Below, in pieces: positions 1-11,759 of a stretch of DNA of 33,413 bases (the first letter of the stretch is position 1; each line of letters opens with the position of its first letter). The position numbers and the translations under genes are program-made. This DNA is from Octopus bimaculoides (lineage: Eukaryota), in contig NC_068981.1 of the NCBI RefSeq assembly GCF_001194135.2, positions 51,603,734-51,637,146 on the forward strand, written 5' to 3'. The notes under the pieces are model-generated. The model saw only the letters and a program-made list of their open reading frames with translations. It made no database searches and was not told the DNA's origin.

Positions 1-43
<43 letters not shown>

Positions 44-178
44 TATAAATATATATATACATATATATAAATATATACATACACATATATATATATACAT
101 ATATATATATACATATATATACATATATATATACATACATATATATATATATATATACACATATATATATATACACAC

Positions 179-213
<35 letters not shown>

Positions 214-272
214 CACATACAAATATATATAGAGAGAGAGACAGACAGACAGACAGAGACAGACAGACAGAC
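1..272. repeat. Compound microsatellite (AT)n/(AC)n/(AG)n/(AGAC)n
   Basis: Read directly from the sequence. Confidence 0.97.
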
Positions 273-311
273 ACTGCGAGAGAGAGGTAGCGATAAATCA
301 TGGTGTAAGGA

Positions 312-526
312 TTGTAGAAAATATTGGTTTCAAATATTAGCACAAGGCCAGCAACCTCAGGGGAGGGGTTAAGTTCGTTATATCGACACTATAACTCAGG
401 TGGTAATTATTTTATCGACTCCGAAAGTTGAAAGGTATAGTCAGTCTCAGCGGAGTTAGGAATCAGAACGTAAAATGGAAGGAAATGAGGCTAAGCATTT
501 TTCCCGGCATGCTCACCAGCTCAAAG
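312..526 (-). mobile_element. tRNA-derived SINE, diverged copy 1 of a tandem pair
   Basis: Aligns by eye with 527-754 (ttgtagaaaatattggtttcaaat vs ttgtaaaaaatattgatttcaaat; tttatcgactccgaaag vs tttagcaaccccgaaag; gctaagcattttt vs gctaagcgttttg). Resembles an abundant octopus SINE (recalled). Confidence 0.8.
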
Positions 527-754
527 TTGTAAAAAATATTGATTTCAAATTTTGATATAAGACCCGCAACTTCGGGGTGGGCGGATAAATCGATAGTATC
601 GACCTCAGAGCTCAATTGGTACTTATTTTAGCAACCCCGAAAGGATGAAAGTCAAAATCGACCTCGGTGAAATTTGAACTCAGCAAGAAAAGTTTAACGA
701 AATGCCGCTAAGCGTTTTGTCCAATGTGCTAAAGATTTTGCCTGAACGACGCCT
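527..754 (-). mobile_element. tRNA-derived SINE, copy 2 of a tandem pair
   Basis: Pol III B-box-like GAGTTCAAAT on the minus strand (plus-strand atttgaactc near 671-680). Body is homologous to 312-526. Confidence 0.85.
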
Positions 755-1146
755 TGCGTTTGAAAAGAATATTAAAATATATATTTTACACAATGCAAAT
801 ATTATATGATAATCAATTTTATACATTGGTTAAAAAGATCCTGTATGTCATTTTGTCAAAAAGTAACAGTTTCCACCTGGGTTGGGTTGTTTGTGGACTA
901 CATAGCACATGTGAAAATATATGCGTGCATATGTAAGTATACCCATTTAACTCCTGATGTCATTTATATTCTGTAAGTTGTACTATTTTATATCCATACA
1001 CATGTACATTTTTGCAATTAAATTTATCTAATATTCTGTGTAAATCGACTTGCATAACTTGTCATTATATTTAATCCTCTACCGACTCAAGTTGAAATCT
1101 CTTGAGCATTTCGAAGTGTATTCTATATAGAGAACGCATATCTCTA

Positions 1147-1211
<65 letters not shown>
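1147..1211. repeat. (AC)n(AT)n microsatellite
   Basis: Read directly from the sequence. Confidence 0.97.
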
Positions 1212-1214
<3 letters not shown>

Positions 1215-1785
1215 ACATTGAATGGTCTTCTGTACAGTTCCCATCTCCCATATGTCATTCACGTAGTATTGGTCAACTGATATTATAATAGAAAACACTT
1301 ACTCAGGAAGCCGCGTTGTGAAACCAAGCCTTGAACGCCACGAATTCGAACCCAACTAAAGAAATAGAAATGCAGACATAACCAGTATGGTTATGGCTGA
1401 GTTTAATGGTATCAGATTATATACTATGTATCAACACCGAATTTCATTTATTCGAGTGACACCAAAATGTAGATAATATGCAGAATAAAAATCGATCCTC
1501 AATATTTTCTTCATTGATAATTAATGATTCTTCTCTATCAAGACATATATATATCTTGAAAGAAAATTGTATAATGACGACTTCACGAGTGCACTTCATG
1601 TAAATCCAAAGAGAAACAGTCTTCCTTATTCTGAAACTGTGTGTTTCAGTGTGACGTATGTATGTGTAGACGACAAATTTTATCCGGCTACTAATTTTTT
1701 TCGAATCTCACCAATTCTTTTGCATCTCAAATAGTTTGGGATGAGCTGTAACGTTTGAAGTTTTATTGATCTCTCTTTCTGTATA

Positions 1786-2211
1786 TACTCTTTTACTCTT
1801 TTACTTGTTTCACTCATTTGACTGCGGCCATGCTGGAGCACCACCTTTAGTCGAGCAAATAGACCCCAGGACTTATTCTTTGTAAGCCTAGTACTTATTC
1901 TATCGGTTTCTTTTGCCGAACCGCTAAGTTACGGGGACGTAAACACACCAGCATCGGTTGTCAATCGATGTTGGGGGGACAAACGCAGACACACAAACAT
2001 ATACACACACATACATATACATACATATACATATGTATACATATATACGACGGGCTTCTTTCAGTTTCCGTCTACCAAATCCACTCACAAGGCGTTGGTT
2101 AGCCCGAGGCTATAGTAGAAGACACTTTCCCAAGGTGCCACGCAGTGGGACTGAACCCAGAACCATGTGGTTGGTAAGCAAGCTTCTTACCACACAACCA
2201 CTCCTGCGCCT
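1786..2211 (-). mobile_element. Near full-length tRNA-derived SINE (head, conserved central domain, microsatellite spacer, tail)
   Basis: Minus strand begins AGGCGCAGGAGTGGTTGTGTGGTAAG (A box) and has GGGTTCAGTCCC (B box), a central GGCACCTTGGGAAAGTGTCTTCTACTATAGCCTCGGG...GGATTTGGTAGACGGAAACTGAAAGAAGCCCGTCG domain (MetaSINE-like, recalled), a (TG/TA)n spacer and a tail ending AAAAGAGTAAAAGAGTA. Homologous pieces occur at 18528-18690, 19579-19793 and 9350-9480. Confidence 0.92.
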
Positions 2212-5200
2212 ATATATATATGACGTCTTACCTATAAAAGATAGTAAGAAGTTGAATAAAATTATTTTCACTTGCCTTATTTTAAGTACAAACTTTCACA
2301 CTAATTCCACCAATAAAATTCCTAACAACTATTATTGTTGATGTCTAGTTGTTAGTATTCTTGTTGAGTCCTAAGTCGATCCGGATTCTACATAGCTATG
2401 ATTAAGTTCGTTTCAAATGTAACTGTGAGTGTGTTGTTGTATATCTAAAACTACATGGTCCAACGTGTCCTGCCTTTTGTAAGACGATTTGAGAAAGATT
2501 AGGTTGCTTAATCTAGCAAGCCAAACGACCGCAAAGATTTTCTCTTATGACTCTAAATCATTACCAATTATAAATTATTGTGCATTTAATCGATTATAGG
2601 TTTCTTTTATGTAGAAGTGGCGTTGTGTTCATTCAAAACAAATTACTATTGTTTTGCATTTTCTTGTTATGAACGCAGAAAATTAAGCTACACGATAACT
2701 ATAAATGTTCTATAAAAGTTCTATTTTAAGATTAATATGTCACCAAATGCATAATGTCGTTCTTCCGTTAAGCGGAAACTCTATTTTATTCTAGTCAAAC
2801 TTCAATGGAACGGAAGATTGCCGTTCCTGACGTTAAAGTAAGAATAATTTAGGAAAATGTCAGTTGTATCATATATATATATGCAGCATTAGAAGTGATG
2901 AGGAGTGTCAGGTTGACACGAAATAACATGTAGCTACATGCGTCACAGGACAAGCAAAAAAGATAATGAAGGTAAAAGAGTGTGCTCGAGAAAATTTTAG
3001 ACACCATCACGAGATATGAAGTTAAAATGCAAAATAGTTTATGCATTAGCAATTGAAGCAATGTAGCCGGCAAGATGAAGGACTAATATAGAAACCATTT
3101 GAGGAAGGTAATAACTTACAAGGAAAAAAGTCTGCATACTATATAAAACGAATTCCCCTTCAGTATAGGGAAATTTTAACCACAATAAAATGATGGATTA
3201 CATAGTCACAGATGATTAAGTGTACCTGATATAAAAGAAATAAAACTAAATACCAATTATATAAAAAAAAATGTTTAGCAGTTTCGTAGAAATGGTGAAG
3301 CACTTGACTAAACGACGCATAGTGTTTGCTTTGTATTTCGACGTCCCGTACGTTTAATCGTTTTCCCATTTCACATCGATGCTGTTCGTAAACTCTGTAG
3401 CTATGTAGTTAACTTAAACAGGTCCAAATTCAGAAGTGAAGTACTGTTGTACGGGACTTTATATGTAGCGCATGTTTTGTAAAGATAAGCCCTCATTGAT
3501 ATTTCTTGTGAGCTAAATGCAATCTTTTTGGTCTCGTATATTACTAAAACATCACAGAATTAGGAATACCAAAAGTTTATTGAAGGAAACGTCACAGCAA
3601 TCCATCATAATCTTAAATTATTACTTGAGTCATAAATTATCAAGACCATTTACTATAGAACTAATGAATCATTATGACACAGATGAAAAAGAGAAAATAA
3701 CTTCATTAGCTTGAATAGCAGCTACTTTAAGGTTAGAAAATTAGGAGAGTCGTTAATAAAATGGCAAAAACAATATCAACAACAAATCCAACATTGAAAA
3801 ACATCATACTATCATTCTATTTAACTGTAATCACGGTATTTTTATGACGACACACATGAAGTTACCAGTGCATTCTCCTTAGCAAGAGCAGAATCCTAAG
3901 GCAGGGATCTTTAATACAGTCCAAAATTAAATACAATGCGGAGTCAACATCTAATTAAATTTAGACTGACAAATCCTACAGTCAATAAAACACTTGAAAG
4001 TCCTCCTCTTAATACTCCTTTGAAATAAGACAATTTCTCCTTGATTGCTTAAATTACTTGAAATAGTAATCCTACGTCGCTTAAATCACACCACGTCGTC
4101 TTACATAACACATTGGCCATATATTCACCACGTTGGGGCTATATACCCCAAAACAAGTTGGATGAACATGATTTGAATGCATTTTGTCGTACTTCTCTCT
4201 ATTGTTTAACTGGGGTTAGCCGATAACAATTTTTTTGAGTCAAATGCTCAGATGTAAAAAGACGTGAAAGTAGTAAAAGGATTAAGTAAAAGCTCAGAAC
4301 AACATAAAATAAAATTTTGTTTTTACCCCAAATTCAAAATCGTAATTTAGGCTTCAAATTTAGTAGATCGAGCCCATTTATTCTTTCAGCGTAATTTACT
4401 TTCCTCCGTCTTTTTTGCGTCTTAAATGCATGTCTTCTAAAAATTACCGTACATCTCGATGTCTCCAAATTTTTGAACATGAGCCAATAATTTTTTAGAA
4501 GTAATTACAATATTTTGAAACTTTTACAGTAAAAAGAACAAACGGCAAATACAATTTAGAAGCGATAGGATGCGGGAATATCAACGCAAGGTTTTTATAA
4601 TTTCAAATCCACTGTATACGGTCAGTAAAATGTCTTATTTTCCATTACACTTAGTAGACACTGCAAACTATTTGGAAACATTGTTACAGTAGACTAATTT
4701 ATAATGGTTTGGGATTTGTAAAACCACCAAGACCACAGAAATTGACGTGGTTGGTCAACTGGACTGTTATGATATGTGTGATTTAATTTAAATCTATCTA
4801 ATACATAAATAATGTATCATTCTGACGGTTTAATTTGTTTATATCCTAGAAAAGATACTTGCAATTCCAGCAATGTTTTTATCTTACGATAATTTATTTT
4901 CTCTGCGTTCAATTTTAAGAATTAGTAATTGATTCAGCAGCATGATGATGCCATTATTATATAAAGTTAAATCTACGATTACCTTATTCTGCCATCAAAT
5001 GTATTTTATAATTGAATATCTTACGAAGCGTATCTTATTCTTTCTAACTACCAAGAAATGCAGTTTGTATGTAAGCACTTGTAAATGGCGTGTCAGGTAA
5101 TTAACCATTTTAACACTTCTCTTGTATGCTTCGGTCGCATGAAATTTTTATCTTGCCGAATACATATTTTCATAACTTGTAGATTATATTTGCCTTCTGT

Positions 5201-5529
5201 TTTCTCCTTAGAATTATTATTTCTTTTAATCGTGATCGTTTTTGAAATCCTCTAACAATCGAAAGTAAACATCTTCCACCATAATCTACCATTCAGTCTT
5301 CTTGGCTTATAGAGCTTCAATTCATTCTCAGAATATAATTTCTTGGTTCACTTCCTGCATATAAGGTGTATTAGATCTCTTTCTATTAGTCGGCTCCGGT
5401 TTTCCAGTTCACACAAATGCTGAGATTGATGAAATAAATGCAAACTAAAACAAATAATGACAAATACAAAATTAATTATTATTCTTCAACAACTCTCCTT
5501 GTAATGACGAAACATTCCGTACTTACAAG

Positions 5530-5580
5530 AAATTGAGGAAGCTTTTAAATTGAGGAAGCTTTTAAATTGAGGAAGCATTT
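5530..5580. repeat. 17-bp tandem repeat x3 (AAATTGAGGAAGCTTTT)
   Basis: Copies at 5530, 5547 and 5564; the third has one mismatch. Confidence 0.95.
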
Positions 5581-5892
5581 ATCTTGCACATTGTTACGGT
5601 GAACATCCACATGACAGCATTCCTACTATTATGAAAACTGCATGCTTCTAAGTCCTAAAGCCGAGTAGCCGTATCCAGAACATCTGTTAAAGTGTACGCT
5701 GACCTCAAACACTTCCACATAGCTTTGGAGGATTCACAACTAACATGGTTTACAACAGGAACAAAAGCAACAATAACAAAATCAGCAGCAAAAGTGATTA
5801 TTCAATTTATTTCAGCGTACATAAAATACTTTAAATTGAGCAAATTTTCTGCTATATGAGTTCATTTATCATAGAATATTAGCACCGAGTCA

Positions 5893-5975
5893 TTACTATC
5901 ACCATCATCATCATCACCATCATTCTCATCATTATCAATCGTAGCAGCAACAGCAACAACAGCAGCAGCAGCAGT
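5893..5975. repeat. Imperfect (CAT)n then (CAA/CAG)n trinucleotide tracts
   Basis: Read directly from the sequence. Confidence 0.85.
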
Positions 5976-6305
5976 ATTGCCATTGGAAAAGGAAGAAACC
6001 ATACTTTTTTTTATGCCAATTAAGTAGTTAGTGTTAGGCAGAACATCTTGTTATTCGCAACAAATTAAAGTGTAGCTCAAAGAATACATATATTGAAGTG
6101 GATGCTTTTTCAAAGTGTTCTATTATTTGCTTCATGTATGACTATATTGTTTGTTTTGACGTTTGCTTGTGTGTGAATGTGCATCTGTTATCGTGTCTGT
6201 ATATGCGAGCATAACTTGATAAAAGTATGTGTGAATCCGTTTACGTATATATATATATATATGAATGAATGGATATATCTATGGATTCATGTATATTTGT
6301 TTCTC

Positions 6306-6306
<1 letters not shown>

Positions 6307-6342
<36 letters not shown>

Positions 6343-6360
6343 GTGTGTGTGTGTGTGTGT
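6307..6360. repeat. (GT)n microsatellite
   Basis: Read directly from the sequence. Confidence 0.97.
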
Positions 6361-6839
6361 AGCATTTCTATATATTTGTGTATGCATCCACATATTGTGA
6401 ATACATGTATATACTTATGTATGCATCTATGTTATGTATGTACGAATACATTATGAATTTATATATGCGCATTTATGCATGTAACATGCATGCAAGTTTG
6501 ATTCTTCTGTGTGTTCATACGAATAAATGTATCCGAAGTTGGTGTTAAAATAGTTTTCAGGCAACAAAATTTGTCTTTAAAAAATGTACAAAAATATACA
6601 AGTAATACAAGTAATAAAATTCTACTTAAATTAGACACACGGAGATACTTCCAGTGTAGCAGTGCTAGATATGGCACTGAGCAGAAACAGTTTAAGACAG
6701 CAAACATTTTCTAAATACCTGTATCTGAATTTGCATATTTTTGTAAAAGCGATGTCTGCTGCACGAAATGAAATTCTATGAAAGACCAGTTTTCTATTCT
6801 TGGTTAATTAACCAAAAATATTCATTTATTCCAACAGCA

Positions 6840-8310
6840 TCTTTCTTTTCCCCTCACTCTCTCTCCCCACCGCTCGTTCACTCTCGTAAACACGCAACCA
6901 CCCAAACGCATACATATAGCTACAACACATACACAATTTCACTCTTTCTCTTACTCCCTTTGTTTCTCTCACTTCCCACTTTCTCTTTCTCTCGCTTTCT
7001 CTCCCTGTCTCTTTCTGTGTATCGCTGTTTCTTCTCCATATTTTCTTCTCTTCCCTTATTCTCAATATTCAATCTTGTGGTCTCCTCTCTTTCACATATC
7101 TCTCACAATCTTAATGGTTTTTCCGTCATTTTTGATTTTGATTTTACCCGCGTACCCTATGTTTCTTCCTTTATCTCATTCCATCTTTCTCATTTGTCAT
7201 ATACACCCTTCATTCTGTTATACACACACACACACACACACACGCACACACGCACACACACACACACATCATATACACATATTTTCCCCTTTTCCATTTT
7301 CCTTTCTATCTACACCTGTTCCTCTAAACCAATCCTTCCTCGTTTATTTTCTGTATCATTATTCTCTCACAGAGACTTGTATTTCATGTTTTCTCACCTT
7401 TCTGTCCAGTTTTTAAATATTTTCTTTTTCAGATATTCCACCGTCCATTTCTTTTTAATATGACACAGCTTTCTTAGCCACACTCAGAATTTCTCTCTCT
7501 CCCTACATCCCTTTCTCTCTTCCCCCCTCCTTTCTCTCTTTCCCTCGCTCGCTCTCATATTTTCTCATCGAGCCAAATTTTTATGACTGCTTTTCCAATA
7601 CTTGCGCCTCCCCTCACACTCAGTCGCTTTATCACTCAGTCTTCCGTATAACTTTTCTCTTATATTATCTCCCTTTATCTCTAATCTTTTCTTTCTCTTT
7701 CACTATCTCTTCATCTACCATATTCTCTATTTTGTGTTCTCTCTATTTTGCTACATAACCTTCTGCTTAATATCATACTTTTTTATCTTAAATCATTTAA
7801 CATCTTTTCATTTTATACACTATCACTTCATCTAACATTTTCTCTGACGTATCGATGTTTTACTGTATATATTTCTGTCTAATATCTTCATATCTAATCG
7901 TTTAACATCTTTCCATTTTACACACTATCTCTCCATCAACCATCTTTTCTATCAGCTTTTCTCTCTCTTTCTCCGCTCCTTTCTATTGTATCACTTTGTA
8001 ACTATTTTCTCCCCCATTCCTGTCCGTGTACCTCCCTAATTTTTCTGTCATTTGCTCCCATTTGCAATATGTCATTTTCTTTTCATTCCTGTCTTTCCTT
8101 TCATACATTTCTCACTTACTATGCTTCGTATATTCGTTTTCTTCCTTCTCTCCCTGTCTATATCATTCGATCTCCATCTATGTACCTTACACTCTTATTT
8201 ACTTTCCACTTACCATCAAAAACCTGTCTTACATGTATTCATTCCACCTTTCTCAATTTCCCTTGTCTCGGTCACCTTCTATATACATTCTTGCTTCTTC
8301 TTCTTCTTCT
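6840..8310 (+). other. About 1.5 kb strongly pyrimidine-skewed (C/T-rich) low-complexity tract
   Basis: Plus strand dominated by CT runs with very few G. Accounts for the F/S/L-rich spurious ORFs. Confidence 0.85.
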
Positions 8311-8311
8311 G

Positions 8312-8312
<1 letters not shown>

Positions 8313-8360
<48 letters not shown>

Positions 8361-8407
8361 AACTTCTTTTTCAGAATCTCTCCTTTGATAGATAGATAGA
8401 TAGATAC

Positions 8408-8454
<47 letters not shown>
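8313..8454. repeat. (CTA)n, (AGAT)n and (AG)n microsatellites ending in an assembly gap (8455-8464)
   Basis: Read directly from the sequence. Confidence 0.95.
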
Positions 8455-9084
8455 NNNNNNNNNNGTATTTGGTTTGCAAGATTCTTTATGTGAATTCGTG
8501 TGTTAAAGCATATTTTATTGTGTCTGGATAAAAGGCATTCTGGTTATATGCCTTATTAAATTAACACACTCACCGGTTCGATTAACACATGTTTGCTTAT
8601 TTATTTTTTCTAAAATTTTAGCTGCTTCTTGCAACCTCTTAAATAGTCGTTGATTCTGTCCGTCATAGGAGCTGCGTTTTTTGTTCGTTCGTTTGTTTGT
8701 CTGTGTGCATGTCTGAGTTTGTCTATGTGTATGGGTTTGTGTGACTATGTATGTGTGTTTGTCATGTATGGGTGTCTCTTTCCATATATGCCCTTGTGTG
8801 TGTGAGTGTGTGTGTGTGTGTGTATGTGTGTGTGTATGTGTGTGTGGGTGTGCTCGTGCGTGTGTGAAGTGTGCGTGACTGTATATGGTGATGTGTTTCA
8901 GTTTTCTTTTGTGTGTGTAAGTGTGTATGTGTGTGTGTGTCCTTGCCTGTCCGTATTAACTATGTACCCATCTACCTACTTATCTGTTTACTTACATATC
9001 CCTTTACCTACTTATACATTATATATATATATATATATATATATACACGTCATGATAAAAGCCTACAAATTTCCACACACACAT

Positions 9085-9131
<47 letters not shown>

Positions 9132-9349
9132 NNNNNNNNNNNNNNNNNNNNNNNNNNNNNNNNNNNNNNNNNNNNNNNNNNNNNNNNNNNNNNNNNNNNN
9201 NNNNNNNNNNNNNNNNNNNNNNNNNNNNNNNNNNNNNNNNNNNNNNNNNNNNNNNNNNNNNNNNNNNNNNNNNNNNNNNNNNNNNNNNNNNNNNNNNNNN
9301 NNNNNNNNNNNNNTATATATATATATATATATATATTAGATTGAATAAA

Positions 9350-9480
9350 TTGCCTCATGGTACTTATGTTACAGTTTTAAATCTGGCATTTAGTCTGTTG
9401 TGTTTTAGCAGATGTAACTAAAAACAATACCGTTTGTCAAACGGTGGTTGAGGACAAACACATGCATAAAGACATACACA
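9350..9480 (-). mobile_element. Degenerate SINE tail fragment (same family as 1786-2211)
   Basis: ggtacttat...accgtttgtcaaacggtggttgaggacaaacac parallels tagtacttatt...atcggttgtcaatcgatgttggggggacaaacgc at about 1890-1985. Confidence 0.55.
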
Positions 9481-9519
9481 CGTGCATGTATACATATACA
9501 TGTTGATAGATGGAGATGA

Positions 9520-10630
9520 TAGTTTGTGTAGCGGTGTAGAAGATATGTTTGAGATTCTGAAAAAGCAATACTGCTCCACTTTCAGCAATCTAAACATAAT
9601 TAATCCACAACACCATCGGTGAAACAAACACCGGCACACCTTATCAGACATATGATTTGGTACATCGGGTATCATAGTAGCTATTAACAAAATTACAAAC
9701 AATTCAGCTGTAGGCCCCGACAGGTTTCCGTATGAGTCATGAAGGTGTGCCATCATCAACTGGCATTCCCTCTGCTTATACATCGGAGGAAATCACTGGA
9801 CTGGCAATATTCCCAATGATTAACTATCCTGGTTGATTATCCCAGTTTCCAAAAAGGCAAACAAATTGCTGGCAGTCAATTTCCAACCGATCTCACTTAC
9901 ATCGCTTATCGTCAAATTATTAGAGAGAATGGTGAATAACTCAGCATCTGGAAAATGACAGCCTACATATTCCCAGCAAGCATGGTTTCTGAAAGTGTAG
10001 GAACTGCTGAAAACAGATCGTGCATCCCTTTGATGCCATCTTAAAGGTTCCGAGAAACGGCTCTAATCTGAATGTTATCTATCAGAACTTCAGCAAGGCT
10101 TTCGAGAAGGTTGACCACAGCACCCTCTTAAAGACACTGTTGAACATTGATGTCTAAAGAAAATTATTAAGGTGGATTAGGTGTTTTCTGATGAACAGAA
10201 CCCAGCATGTGGCGATAGATGGTGTTCGATCAAGTTCGACAAGAGTCATCACTAGAGTCTGACAAGGATGACCCTAAGATTCTGTAGATTTTCGGCAGGG
10301 CAGCAAACCGAACTTATCCCGAATTGGATCTGTTATCCAATGGGCGGAATAAAACACAATATGCAGCTAAACCAGAATAAATTTGGATTAATTATTCGGC
10401 AAAGAGGCTGCACTTAAACAACCATACATTCTTCTCTCTGATGAAAACTTCGGGACATTAAACACCGTTAGGGAGCCATGAATAACTCTCAAAAACCTCC
10501 GCTTGAGTAGGCACACAAAGTCGACATGGCTCGCTTGGGCTCGCTCCTGGATTCTAAGGATCTTTTAATCTAGAGATGCTCACATTTAATGAGACATCAT
10601 CTTTTCCAATTCTGGCCGAAACTTATCTAA
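9520..10630 (+). pseudogene. Decayed CR1/L2-group LINE reverse transcriptase fragment
   Basis: Manual translation across frameshifts and stops gives AINKITNNSAVGPDRFP, NFQPISLTSLIVKLLERMV, KHGF, IYQNFSKAFEKVDHSTLL, LLRWIRCFLMNRTQHVAIDG, RV*QG and NMQLNQNKF. These match the canonical RT order SAAGPDG, RPISLTS, QHGF, DFSKAFDKVDH, WIxxFLxxRxQ, GVPQG. Confidence 0.88.
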
Positions 10631-10695
10631 GTATCCTGTGTGTGTGTGTGTGGGTATGTGTGAGCATCTATGTGTGTGAATAAAAGGCATATATA

Positions 10696-10769
<74 letters not shown>

Positions 10770-11003
10770 NNNNNNNNNNNNNNNNNNNNNNNNNNNNNNN
10801 NNNNNNNNNNNNNNNNNNNNNNNNNNNNNNNNNNNNNNNNNNNNNNNNNNNNNNNNNNNNNNNNNNNNNNNNNNNNNNNNNNNNNNNNNNNNNNNNNNNN
10901 NNNNNNNNNNNNNNNNNNNNNNNNNNNNNNNNNNNNNNNNNNNNNNNNNNNNNNNNNNNNNNNNNNNNNNNNNNNNNNNNNNNNNNNNNNNNNNNNNNNN
11001 NNN

Positions 11004-11062
<59 letters not shown>

Positions 11063-11759
11063 TATGTATATATATATATATATATATATATGCATTTATT
11101 CTCGTTCATATTTGCTGTACTATTAAAGCACTTAAAGTGTCTCTTAAAGCACTTGCTTGTTATCGGTTTTCTGCATTTCTCTTTCTATCATTTGTTCTTT
11201 GTCCATCTTCTTCGCTACCCTTTGCACTAATACTAGTTCCTTTTCTTCCATTCACCTCTTCCATCTATCTACTACATTTTTAATGTCATTCTATATTTTG
11301 TATCCAATCCAGTACATGCATTTCCTTTCCTCCACCCCCACCAACACCACCATATGCTCACTTTTTCACTTTTGCATTGGACATTATTCTAACTTTCAGC
11401 TTTCCATCTCTTCCCTTAGTTACACTAATCTCCTTTCCGATTAGTGACAACGTACTGAATATGTTATATTCCTTTACCACCATTTTAATATCAAATACTG
11501 ACACCCACGGAGGAGGTTCTTTGTTTTTGTTATTTTGTTTTTATTTTGTTTTTCATCTTTGTTGCTTTTGTTTTTTGTATATTTTTATTGTCAATCTGAC
11601 TTCACTGCAAGAACACTTCAACACATCGTCTCCAGTCCTGAAGTCTTCAAGCAAATGTCAAGAGAGTTCTATTACCAATTTTTCAGTATGAATGAAAAGG
11701 GACATTTCATGTATGCGGGAAATATATTTTCTTCTGTGCATACATCGATAAACACAGGC

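Noticed and set aside
2761-2817. 9-bp inverted repeat TCTTCCGTT / AACGGAAGA
   Set aside because: Short stem with a long loop; expected by chance in 33 kb.
2849-3073. Hydrophobic 74-aa minus-strand ORF that looks superficially like a GPCR fragment
   Set aside because: No recognisable TM-helix motifs, no extension in frame, and hydrophobicity is expected from a T-rich strand.
3119-3226. Exon-like minus-strand segment with a strong acceptor (ttttatatcag) and donor (gtaagt)
   Set aside because: Stops in all three frames; a non-coding exon cannot be supported without RNA data.
6177-8399. Long ORFs such as 6768-7463 (231 aa) and 8026-8399
   Set aside because: F/S/L/H/T-rich translations of pyrimidine-rich and dinucleotide repeats that lack stop codons for compositional reasons; no domain motifs.
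8465-8680. Segment that feels like a known octopus dispersed repeat (likewise 2380-2560 and 16005-16090)
   Set aside because: Only vague recollection; no second copy, TIR or motif in this window to support a call.
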